Shown here: positions 46,836-54,539 of the stretch, piece after piece | How the letters are laid out: every line of letters begins with the position of its first letter | How positions within the stretch are numbered: the stretch's first letter is position 1 | Virus record (IMG/VR): IMGVR_UViG_3300042010_000129 | Span: 247,965-311,964 of that record | Source: a virus | Lineage: Duplodnaviria > Caudoviricetes | Reading direction: 5' to 3' (one strand) | DNA: 64,000 nucleotides | Made by a program: the position numbers and the translations under genes | The notes under the pieces: model-generated | The model's database searches: none | Told to the model about the DNA's origin: nothing | Seen by the model: only the letters and a program-made list of their open reading frames with translations

Positions 46836-47141
46836 CTATTTGCGAGTCCACGTGAGTTCCAGATCGTAGCCGAGTTTGGCGGCGATCCCGATTAACACAT
46901 CGAGGTCGGCACACACCAATTGTTCGTGATCGTTATCTGGAAGTTCATCGTAAAAATATGGAGTGAGTTCGCGATTCAACGGCCCGCCCATGACAAGGTA
47001 TTTACCGCGTACAAACTCACGGAAAACACGTGGTTTATCGTATGCGGATTTCCCTTTAGTTTGGGGCCGGGCCTGACGCTCCAATTCATTGAGGATCAGA
47101 GCGTAAAGTTCCCGCTTCATTTTATTTACAGTATGGTTCAT
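46836..47141 (-). CDS. Hypothetical protein (~101 aa)
   Basis: Start chosen at the ATGA overlap with the upstream stop. Confidence 0.45.
   Translation of the reverse strand: MNHTVNKMKRELYALILNELERQARPQTKGKSAYDKPRVFREFVRGKYLVMGGPLNRELTPYFYDELPDNDHEQLVCADLDVLIGIAAKLGYDLELTWTRK
47123..47134 (-). promoter_or_regulatory. ATACTGTAAATA motif (~300 nt upstream of sbcD)
   Basis: Exact copy of the recurrent motif. Confidence 0.5.
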
Positions 47142-47530
47142 TCGCGATTTACCGTGACCGTGAAGTGGATGCGTTTGCGTGGCTGGCACAACTGGAATTC
47201 GGTGTAGACGGTGCCGAGTTGCTTGCGCCCTACTTTGTGTGCGTGGCGGCGACCGTACAGCGTGAGGTCAAGGATTTTATTTCCGTCCGTATCGTTGAGG
47301 CGCACAACGCAGCGATTTTTAATATCGTGGATTGAATAGGTCGCAACCTGTGTGGAAAAAGGATCGTAAATGGCGCCACTCGTTTTGAGGTCTTCCATGA
47401 ATTCGCCAATGTGTTTACCGAATTCTTCACGTTCACGTTTTTCGTCACGCGGGGTCGTTACGATTTCTTCGACCTGCTGCTGGATGTGAGCCAACAGGCG
47501 GCGCGCATTGATTTTTTCGAGCGGAGTCAT
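47138..47530 (-). CDS. Stand-alone tail-sheath C-terminal-domain-like protein (130 aa)
   Basis: INARRLLAHI vs sheath VNVRRLVNGI; GAIYD vs RGLYE; EFQLCQPRKRIHFT vs DFVIDPSIPARRASLT. Confidence 0.55.
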   Translation of the reverse strand: MTPLEKINARRLLAHIQQQVEEIVTTPRDEKREREEFGKHIGEFMEDLKTSGAIYDPFSTQVATYSIHDIKNRCVVRLNDTDGNKILDLTLYGRRHAHKVGRKQLGTVYTEFQLCQPRKRIHFTVTVNRE

Positions 47531-47844
47531 GCGAGATTCCTGTGACGAAGACGCAGGCAGGAGCCGGGATAAAGAACTTTCGGATCAAACAGATTATTGA
47601 TGAACGCCACACGGTCGGCGTCCACTTCAAAACGCTGCGCAATCTCCACCAATTTGTCGTTGGTTTTGATGTGGTAAATGTTGTAGCGGTCGCCCAGTTC
47701 GCGTTCGTACTGAACATCACTGAAACACTCGGCAGGCGGCGTGTAAACGCAACGGGTGCGAAAGATCGGAACGTCCAGCGGATTCAATTGCGCGGCCAGC
47801 ATTTCGATTTGTTCTTCGCGGTCTAGCTCGACAACTGCATTCAT
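47527..47844 (-). CDS. LysM domain protein (105 aa)
   Basis: YHIKTNDKLVEIAQRFEVDADRVAFINNLFDPKVLYPGSCLRL. Confidence 0.8.
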   Translation of the reverse strand: MNAVVELDREEQIEMLAAQLNPLDVPIFRTRCVYTPPAECFSDVQYERELGDRYNIYHIKTNDKLVEIAQRFEVDADRVAFINNLFDPKVLYPGSCLRLRHRNLA

Positions 47845-48188
47845 TTGGCGTCCTCGACGGATTTATAACGATCTTCCCACTCAACAGCCGGGGGATTTTC
47901 TGGATCGAATTCGTACAGGCCTTCGTGGCCCGTGATTTCCGAAATGGTGATGCGACGATTACCGCCACGACTCCCGGCTTCCCACACTTCACAATCGAAG
48001 AAAGCAACGAGAACATCACGCAGCGTAGGGAACAATTCTTTGATCTTTTCCCAACTTTCGTTTTCAAGCATTTCGGTGACGTAAACCCACGACGCATCCT
48101 CTTCCGCACGCAGCACGCAGTGGATTGGTTCCTGCCCACGAATACGGATTTCTTCAAACGTGAGTTTCAGTTTCAGAATTTCATGCAT
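47841..48188 (-). CDS. Hypothetical protein (start uncertain)
   Basis: Coding-strand ORF. Confidence 0.45.
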   Translation of the reverse strand: MHEILKLKLTFEEIRIRGQEPIHCVLRAEEDASWVYVTEMLENESWEKIKELFPTLRDVLVAFFDCEVWEAGSRGGNRRITISEITGHEGLYEFDPENPPAVEWEDRYKSVEDAK

Positions 48189-48432
48189 CGCCATCGTCGT
48201 CACCGGGTTTTTCGTTGATAAGGGCCAGACCTTTTTTAGTGACCCAACCACTGTTCAGGCTCACACCGTAGTCGATGTATCCGCGATCCGCTGCACGCTC
48301 CATTGCGCGCCAGCAAACTTTTTCGGATTCACCGGTTGTTTCAATCAATACGGCGAGCGGAGATAATGCGAATTCTTGCCGCCAGACATAAGCATCAACC
48401 ACCATGCGATCGGTTACGTCTTTCCGGGCCAT
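48181..48432 (-). CDS. Small winged-helix-like protein (83 aa)
   Basis: TGESEKVCWRAMERAADRGYIDYG. Confidence 0.45.
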   Translation of the reverse strand: MARKDVTDRMVVDAYVWRQEFALSPLAVLIETTGESEKVCWRAMERAADRGYIDYGVSLNSGWVTKKGLALINEKPGDDDGDA

Positions 48433-48435
48433 TTT

Positions 48436-48783
48436 TTAATCCCCTGTAATTGGTTTCCAAAGTTTCGTGTATTGCAAAACCTTTGGTACAGCGTCACACC
48501 ATACTGGCATCACCACAAGGCACGATGGTTCCGCGTTGCAGATAGTGTTTTCATGGCCTTGGTGGCATACCAAAGTCTCACGGATTTTATCGAACTCACG
48601 GCGATTAACACGCACCGTTACTTTGCGAAAAGAATGAATAAACCATTCGATGTATTCGGGATACTTTGGATCGTCGAAAATCGTATGGGCAGTCAGGATG
48701 GAATGCGCGACCAATGTCGGCACCATGTAATCAGGCGCTTCGTCGAGAACTGCGATGTACATTTTGCTGTAGCGTTCGTTCAT
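48436..48783 (-). CDS. Peptidyl-tRNA hydrolase II (Pth2)-like protein (115 aa)
   Basis: KMYIAV...LVAHS...WF..SFRKVTVRV...GHENT pattern of phage Pth2-like proteins; ATGA-coupled start. Confidence 0.55.
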   Translation of the reverse strand: MNERYSKMYIAVLDEAPDYMVPTLVAHSILTAHTIFDDPKYPEYIEWFIHSFRKVTVRVNRREFDKIRETLVCHQGHENTICNAEPSCLVVMPVWCDAVPKVLQYTKLWKPITGD

Positions 48784-49181
48784 TCCGGTGCCACTTCCTT
48801 GGTTTCGATTTGCCATTCGATTTTGTAAGTCTTCGCGAACATGCGAGCCAGACGCAGAGAACGGAATTGCAGTTTGAAACACGGCCATGAGTATTCAACG
48901 ATGGCGCCGCGTTTGGTTGCGTAAATGGTGTAGGGTTTTTCCGTCTTCTGCGCACGCGCCAAATCCAACCAGCGTGCGATGTGTTCAAGTTCGCGAGAAC
49001 CTGCCACGGTTTCAGTTACGGTCAGCGACATAGGCGCGGGCACGTAGTCGGAAGGCCGGGACGTGAGTTCGATTCCCTGCAAACCTTCAACGAACGCACC
49101 GTCGGCTTCCAGCGCCATCGGAATATTTTCGAAAGTTACCTGATATTTACGCAGGTCTTCCGGGCAGATATTCCCGATCAT
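48780..49181 (-). CDS. RSLRLAR-family hypothetical protein (133 aa)
   Basis: C-terminal ATKRGA...FRSLRLAR. Confidence 0.55.
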   Translation of the reverse strand: MIGNICPEDLRKYQVTFENIPMALEADGAFVEGLQGIELTSRPSDYVPAPMSLTVTETVAGSRELEHIARWLDLARAQKTEKPYTIYATKRGAIVEYSWPCFKLQFRSLRLARMFAKTYKIEWQIETKEVAPE

Positions 49182-49573
49182 TCCAGCACTTCCATCATGA
49201 GACGATCAACGCTCAGGCCGATACGCTGGCACATGCCGGTCAACTGGTCACGGCTCAGACGATCAATGCGGCCCTGCAAAATATCGTCAAGGCGATTGTT
49301 GGAAATGTTCAACTGCTGACAAATCACTTCGGGGTTTTGACCGAGGCGTTTGATTTCACGACCGAGGGCGCGCAGCAGGTAGCTACGAATTTTCATGGCG
49401 AGCGATTCTTCAGGATTTTCGCAGATCGCATCCCACACGCTTTCGTAACACTGGCGTTTGGTTTCTTCGTCCACGGAACTTATGACGATATCGACCGCCA
49501 GAACATTTTGGTCAATGGCTTCAGGCGGGTTGTTGGTGTGGTCGCAGATAACCGTATATTCGTGTCGGCTCAT
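49178..49573 (-). CDS. Fusion of a sheath C-terminal peptide to a HigA/XRE (HTH_37-like) domain (131 aa)
   Basis: Residues 5-31 match the local sheath (12/27 identical); residues ~45-125 SVWDAICENPEESLAMKIRSYLL...NISNNRLDDILQGRIDRLS resemble HigA-type XRE proteins. Confidence 0.6.
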   Translation of the reverse strand: MSRHEYTVICDHTNNPPEAIDQNVLAVDIVISSVDEETKRQCYESVWDAICENPEESLAMKIRSYLLRALGREIKRLGQNPEVICQQLNISNNRLDDILQGRIDRLSRDQLTGMCQRIGLSVDRLMMEVLE

Positions 49574-50073
49574 TTTCTTTTTGTCCGGTAGTTATGTTCA
49601 GGAATGCGGCACCCCTTCATTTCGACGCGGGCCAAACGGGCCGAGCGGTATTTGAAGACGTAATGCTGGTTTTCTACGCCACGCTCACGCACGTAAACTT
49701 CTACGCCACGCGTTGTGTGCTTGAGAACGAAATAGTATTTGGATTGTGGCTGAACTTCGCGGAAAGGATCGCAGTGGATTTCCATCCCATGGATATGACC
49801 GATTTTTCCGGTGAACACATTTTCCAGTTCAACCTGTTGTTTCTCGATGATTGTTTCGCCACCGTGCGAAACTTTCACACATTTACGTTGCGGCAAATCA
49901 ACTGGAAACGATGCCGGAAAACTCCACATTGTCCACCGGCCCTTTTTAGGCAAGCGGCCACCCAACGGACAGTCAGCAAGCGGGCCGTTCGGCGTGGAAA
50001 TGGAAAGCAATTTCGCGCTGTCGGCCATTGCCCAGCCGCGCTGCACTTCGGAACCGAATACGTTTACGTGCAT
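49570..50073 (-). CDS. RSLRLAR-family hypothetical protein (167 aa)
   Basis: HTTRGV...YRSARLAR. Confidence 0.55.
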   Translation of the reverse strand: MHVNVFGSEVQRGWAMADSAKLLSISTPNGPLADCPLGGRLPKKGRWTMWSFPASFPVDLPQRKCVKVSHGGETIIEKQQVELENVFTGKIGHIHGMEIHCDPFREVQPQSKYYFVLKHTTRGVEVYVRERGVENQHYVFKYRSARLARVEMKGCRIPEHNYRTKRK

Positions 50074-50468
50074 GGGTTCACCAGTTCGGCATTTTTGAAC
50101 TTGGTATTTTTCACCATCGTTTTAAACGCCACACGGGCCAGACGCAGCGAGCGGAAATGCTTACCGAATGATACGGCACCTTTGGGCGTAGCACGACAGA
50201 ACAGACGCGGCGACATTATACGCCGGTATGTACGTTCGAACACTTCACGCATAGCGCTCTCATGCATTTTCGATGCACGAATGCGGTTGTCCCAAGCTGC
50301 GTCGAAAAATGAAACGTGGGTATCACAATGACTGGTCAGAAATTCTTCGGAAATTCCGAGTGCCGCCATTCGCAGTTTTGTCAGGCGTTCAATTTCTTCA
50401 CTGATCGGCAGACGCCAATCGCCTTTGCCACCGTAAGTATCAAAGCCTTCAGCGGTATAAAGTGTCAT
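50064..50468 (-). CDS. RSLRLAR-family hypothetical protein (134 aa)
   Basis: ATPKGA...FRSLRLAR. Confidence 0.55.
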   Translation of the reverse strand: MTLYTAEGFDTYGGKGDWRLPISEEIERLTKLRMAALGISEEFLTSHCDTHVSFFDAAWDNRIRASKMHESAMREVFERTYRRIMSPRLFCRATPKGAVSFGKHFRSLRLARVAFKTMVKNTKFKNAELVNPCT

Positions 50469-50710
50469 GGTCGGCTGGCCTCACTGGCTTCGATTGCGGC
50501 CTTGATTTCATTCAACGGAAAACATTCTGCACGCGTGTAGATGTTGCCATTATATACGCTCGCCAAATGCACCATGCTTGGATAGACGTTTGGGTATCCT
50601 CGAACATCCTCTGCACTATCAGGTGCGTGGAAATGCCGAAGGGCCTGATTAAAACCTGCTTGCGTGCGGACAATATAAAGCCCGCCGCCGAGAAAAGACA
50701 TATTGCTCAT
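50465..50710 (-). CDS. Hypothetical protein (81 aa)
   Basis: ATGA-coupled ORF. Confidence 0.5.
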   Translation of the reverse strand: MSNMSFLGGGLYIVRTQAGFNQALRHFHAPDSAEDVRGYPNVYPSMVHLASVYNGNIYTRAECFPLNEIKAAIEASEASRP

Positions 50711-51432
50711 GGGTCAATTAGCGCATCAGCTGCGCCCCGGTTGATTGCACGGATATAACGCATTTCGTATGCGCTGATTTTAAGTTTCATTGCCACGTCG
50801 TCTTCGTCGCCGTCCATTTGCAGACCTTCGCGGTAAATTGCAACCACGTCGGAACTCAGCAGGGCGACCAAACGTTCCACTTGTTTGTCGGACATGTGAA
50901 CGCTTTTACGAAGCTTCTCAATTCGGTTATTGAGTTGGCGATATGTTTCGGTTGAGGCCAGCCATTTGCACGCCATTTGCCGCACCGGAAGTTGGTGCGA
51001 ATCTTTTGGCATGCTGTAGATAAACGTCATGAAATTTGTGAAGAACGTTTGCTGACTTGAGGCGTGTTTCTTGGCGGCTTGGATCATGTCGAATTTACGA
51101 CGGCCACCAGTGGTGTTCTTTGCAGGCGGCAAGCCTTTGAATTCCAGTAGCGTGTAGCCGTCCACGTGGAAGTCTTCGGCCTGCTTGTAATCAACTGGCA
51201 CAATATCAAACGGTGCCAAAGAAATCGGATCATCGCAGACGTAACAAATGCAATCCGTTTTGTCTGCGAGGGCACGATGGGTTTCGAAGCTCACAGCGTC
51301 GATAAAAATCAAATGCTTCCGAGCTTCGAAGTCAGCGCCAAGCATGGCGATTTGTGCGCGGGGCACTCCGAGTCCACGAAGATGCACCAAAACTTTATCC
51401 GGCGCTGTGTGCGCAAAACCGTAGGCGATCAT
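50707..51432 (-). CDS. Hypothetical protein, possible C-terminal HTH (241 aa)
   Basis: DEDDVAMKLKISAYEMRYI at the C-terminus. Confidence 0.55.
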   Translation of the reverse strand: MIAYGFAHTAPDKVLVHLRGLGVPRAQIAMLGADFEARKHLIFIDAVSFETHRALADKTDCICYVCDDPISLAPFDIVPVDYKQAEDFHVDGYTLLEFKGLPPAKNTTGGRRKFDMIQAAKKHASSQQTFFTNFMTFIYSMPKDSHQLPVRQMACKWLASTETYRQLNNRIEKLRKSVHMSDKQVERLVALLSSDVVAIYREGLQMDGDEDDVAMKLKISAYEMRYIRAINRGAADALIDP

Positions 51433-51668
51433 TTGCTATCTTTTACCTTCAATTTTTTGTGCATGGCGCGGCACAGGGTTGCGGCTTCCGAATGGAACTT
51501 CGCAGCGGCCCCGTGAAAGGTCAGGATGTTTTGCAGTTTCAGGCTACGCAGGTCTACGTTGTTCATTTGATTTTCCCGGCCATTGGCCCTGTGTGTTCGA
51601 TGGTTTTTCCGATTTCAATCATTGCCGCAAATTGATCCCGGTTTTCTTCGATGTATTTCTGCATCCGT

Positions 51669-51962
51669 TCAATGCCGCGTTGGAGCTTGTGTTCCTTTTT
51701 CGACTGCAACTTCGGTTTGTTCTTCGAGCGCATCTTTGTGGTTCCGTTCGATCAGTTCGAGTACGCGAATCTTTTCATCCGCGACCGCAGCGGTCATCTG
51801 CTCAAACATATCGGGCAGCATCTGCATTGCGAATGGCTGGCGCGGCAATTCCACTTCGCAGCGAACGCCAACACCGTGAACCATTTGCAGCGCTTGGATC
51901 AGCCAGTATTCCGGAAACGGTGTACAGATCCAATTCGTTTTGTTATTGCGTTGGTCTTTCAT
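51669..51962 (-). CDS. Hypothetical protein (97 aa)
   Basis: ATGA-coupled ORF. Confidence 0.5.
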   Translation of the reverse strand: MKDQRNNKTNWICTPFPEYWLIQALQMVHGVGVRCEVELPRQPFAMQMLPDMFEQMTAAVADEKIRVLELIERNHKDALEEQTEVAVEKGTQAPTRH

Positions 51963-52279
51963 ATTTTGTTCCCCAGTAGCGCCCCTTTTTTAACGAGGGC
52001 GTAAGTCATGCCAGAAACAACGTGGATATCGAATACGAACATGATTTCCACGCTGGCTTTTTCTGCCCAACGCAGACCGACGATGCACGGGAATACTTCC
52101 GGTTCCAAGTCTGGATTATTTACAGTAGGCATCCAGCCCCAGTGGTCGAGGGCATTGATATCGTTTTCGATAAAGAATTCGCGAAGGAAATCGCGATACT
52201 CTTTTTCGTCACGAAGTGTTTTGGCTTCGAAGCCTTCACGCATCATAGCGAACATTGGAAACCCCCTTATATTTCTCAA
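51959..52279 (-). CDS. Hypothetical protein (up to 106 aa)
   Basis: Coding-strand ORF; contains a TACTGTAAATA copy at 52117-52127. Confidence 0.5.
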   Translation of the reverse strand: MRNIRGFPMFAMMREGFEAKTLRDEKEYRDFLREFFIENDINALDHWGWMPTVNNPDLEPEVFPCIVGLRWAEKASVEIMFVFDIHVVSGMTYALVKKGALLGNKI

Positions 52280-54539
52280 CCGTCACGTAGGAACATTCCG
52301 GGTGCAGATGCTTGCCTTTCTGCGTGATGATAAACACGTGCTGCACCAGCTTACGCAGGAACGGAACGTAGCGTTCGACAAACAGGCCGGTGGTCGCTAA
52401 GTCCATGTGGGCATCGGGTTCGTCGAGAATTGCCAGATTCACCCGGCGACTATCTTTCGCCATGATTACGCACGCAAGGAAATGCAGCAGACGGAAACTA
52501 TCCGATTCAGCACCGGACAATTCGCGCACGTCGGAAACGTTACCTTGGCCCCGGTCAACAGTGATATGCACGCCGTCTTCTTTGGCTTCCACTTTGAACT
52601 GGAAATTCTCCGCGAAAATCAACTGCGCATATTTGTTGTAGTTTTGTTCCAGTCCATAAACGATTTCGTGCATCGCGTGCAGCTTCAGGCCCTTGTTGCT
52701 GTAGGCCTTTGCGAGAATCTTGAAGCGCTTCAGTTTCCGGATCAGAGGTTTGTATTCCTCGACCTTGAGACTGGCTTCCTCACGTTGCTTTTTCAGCAGT
52801 TTCCATTCGGCACGCAGCGAGCTATACCGCACGGTGATTTTGTGAGCTTTGCTGTATTTCTTTTCGACCTTTTCCAGCTTGGCTTCGACTTCAGCCAGAC
52901 GCTTGAGGATATTGTCGTCAGCAGGTACTTCGTCGAACTCGGCCAGACGGGCTTTCAACCGTTTAACTTCGTCCAGCATTTCGAGTTGCTGTTCGATTTT
53001 CTCCAGCGAGATAACCGGTTGGCGCTTCGGTGGCTTCGGCTTTTTCAGTTCAGCCATTTGTTCGGTGATTTCGTCGAAGCGCACAGAGTTTTCCATCTGG
53101 TCTTCGAGTTTTTCCAGTTCCGCACGCAGCGCCTTGATCTTTTTGCGAGCGCCGTAGAAAGCGCGTTCGTCAAACTTCAGGGCCTTGATGATTTCCGTGT
53201 TTTCCTGCTTCGTGATTCGCAGTTCCAACGCGTGAATCATTGAGTGCGCTTTGCCTTTGCGTTTCTTCGCCTGTGCAATCGTGCGCTCAAGGTCTTTGAT
53301 GTTGATTTTCTGCATACACGTCGGACACGCGCCGTCGTCATGATCGTGCAGCAGGTCGGCCAACTTCATTGTCGTTTTGGCGGTGCTGTATTCCTCTTTC
53401 AGCGCCTCCATTGGATCGACTTTTTCTTTGTTGCATTGCGTCAGGAATTTGCGCAGATCCGGATCAACATGGTCGTCCAAGTTTTCCAGTTCACGCACAG
53501 CCGCATCGTGCTTGTCCCGAACTTTCTCAAGGCGTTTGTCTTCCGCTTCGAGGCCGTCCAGTTCTTTCCGGATTTCCTTGATACGTTTCTTCAGCGTTTT
53601 GCTGTCGCCACCGTCGCCCAGTTCTTCGAGTTTTTTCACCAGTTTTTTTGACCGGCGTGCGTACTCTTCGTTTTCCTCTTCGAACTTTTCCAGCGCTTCG
53701 TGCAACTGGCGTTGCTCTTTCAAATCCGCACGATCAAAACGGATTTTACCTTGCAGCTTTTTCAGACGTTCGCTGGTGGTCGTGTAGAACTCAACCTGCT
53801 TCGACAGGCTTTTCAGTTCCTGCCGTTTCGCCTGCAACTTGTTCACTTTCTTGGACTGTGTGCTGACGATTTCTTTCGCCGCTTCCAGTTCCTTTTCCAG
53901 CGTCTTGTTCCAGCCGTTTTTATTCAACGCATCGTTGATGTTCATCAGCTGGTGCGTGAATGCGTCCGACTTGTTCTGCGCGACTTTTACTTCGTCGATT
54001 TTCTTTTCGAAATGACGACGCAGAATGTCGAACTGATCCAGACGCCACACTTCGCTGATATAGGTCATCCGCGCACGGGGAGTACCGTACAGGAATTCCA
54101 TTTTCTTCTGCGATTGCAAATGCACATACGAGTACCATTCATCCGAGGTCAGAGGAATGATTTGTTCGATTTGCGCACGCTGGTTGGCTTGGCCCCGCAC
54201 TTTCAGGTCTTCGCCATCGCGCCAGATTTGATACCCGCCCGCCTGTTGCCGAATCGTCCACTTGTGCCCGAGGTTATTCACATCGAATTCAATGAACGAT
54301 CCTTTCGAGTGGATACGATTTTTCTTCCGAGTATCTGCCAACGGCGTCTGTTCAAAACGCACGTTAGGCAGCATCGAGAACAGCAAGGATTTACCGGCGC
54401 CGTTGTTCTGGTCTTTGGAGATTTGCGAGTCGCGGTTGTGCCCGCTAACCGTGGTCAGACCACAGTTGTTAGTGAAATCGAATTCACCCTTTTTGTAAGA
54501 AACGATACCGCTAAAACGGCTGCCGGTAATCTCAATCAT
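52236..54539 (-). CDS. sbcC: SbcC/Rad50/gp46-like SMC ATPase (767 aa)
   Basis: Walker A NGAGKS, Q-loop HLQSQ, zinc hook CPTC, signature LSGAE, Walker B ILDEPDAHMD, coiled coils. Confidence 0.9.
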   Translation of the reverse strand: MIEITGSRFSGIVSYKKGEFDFTNNCGLTTVSGHNRDSQISKDQNNGAGKSLLFSMLPNVRFEQTPLADTRKKNRIHSKGSFIEFDVNNLGHKWTIRQQAGGYQIWRDGEDLKVRGQANQRAQIEQIIPLTSDEWYSYVHLQSQKKMEFLYGTPRARMTYISEVWRLDQFDILRRHFEKKIDEVKVAQNKSDAFTHQLMNINDALNKNGWNKTLEKELEAAKEIVSTQSKKVNKLQAKRQELKSLSKQVEFYTTTSERLKKLQGKIRFDRADLKEQRQLHEALEKFEEENEEYARRSKKLVKKLEELGDGGDSKTLKKRIKEIRKELDGLEAEDKRLEKVRDKHDAAVRELENLDDHVDPDLRKFLTQCNKEKVDPMEALKEEYSTAKTTMKLADLLHDHDDGACPTCMQKINIKDLERTIAQAKKRKGKAHSMIHALELRITKQENTEIIKALKFDERAFYGARKKIKALRAELEKLEDQMENSVRFDEITEQMAELKKPKPPKRQPVISLEKIEQQLEMLDEVKRLKARLAEFDEVPADDNILKRLAEVEAKLEKVEKKYSKAHKITVRYSSLRAEWKLLKKQREEASLKVEEYKPLIRKLKRFKILAKAYSNKGLKLHAMHEIVYGLEQNYNKYAQLIFAENFQFKVEAKEDGVHITVDRGQGNVSDVRELSGAESDSFRLLHFLACVIMAKDSRRVNLAILDEPDAHMDLATTGLFVERYVPFLRKLVQHVFIITQKGKHLHPECSYVTVEKYKGVSNVRYDA

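Noticed and set aside
48780-49181. Possible tail-tube-like N-terminus (YQVTF...SLTVTET..W)
   Set aside because: Too weak to call by eye; needs a profile search.
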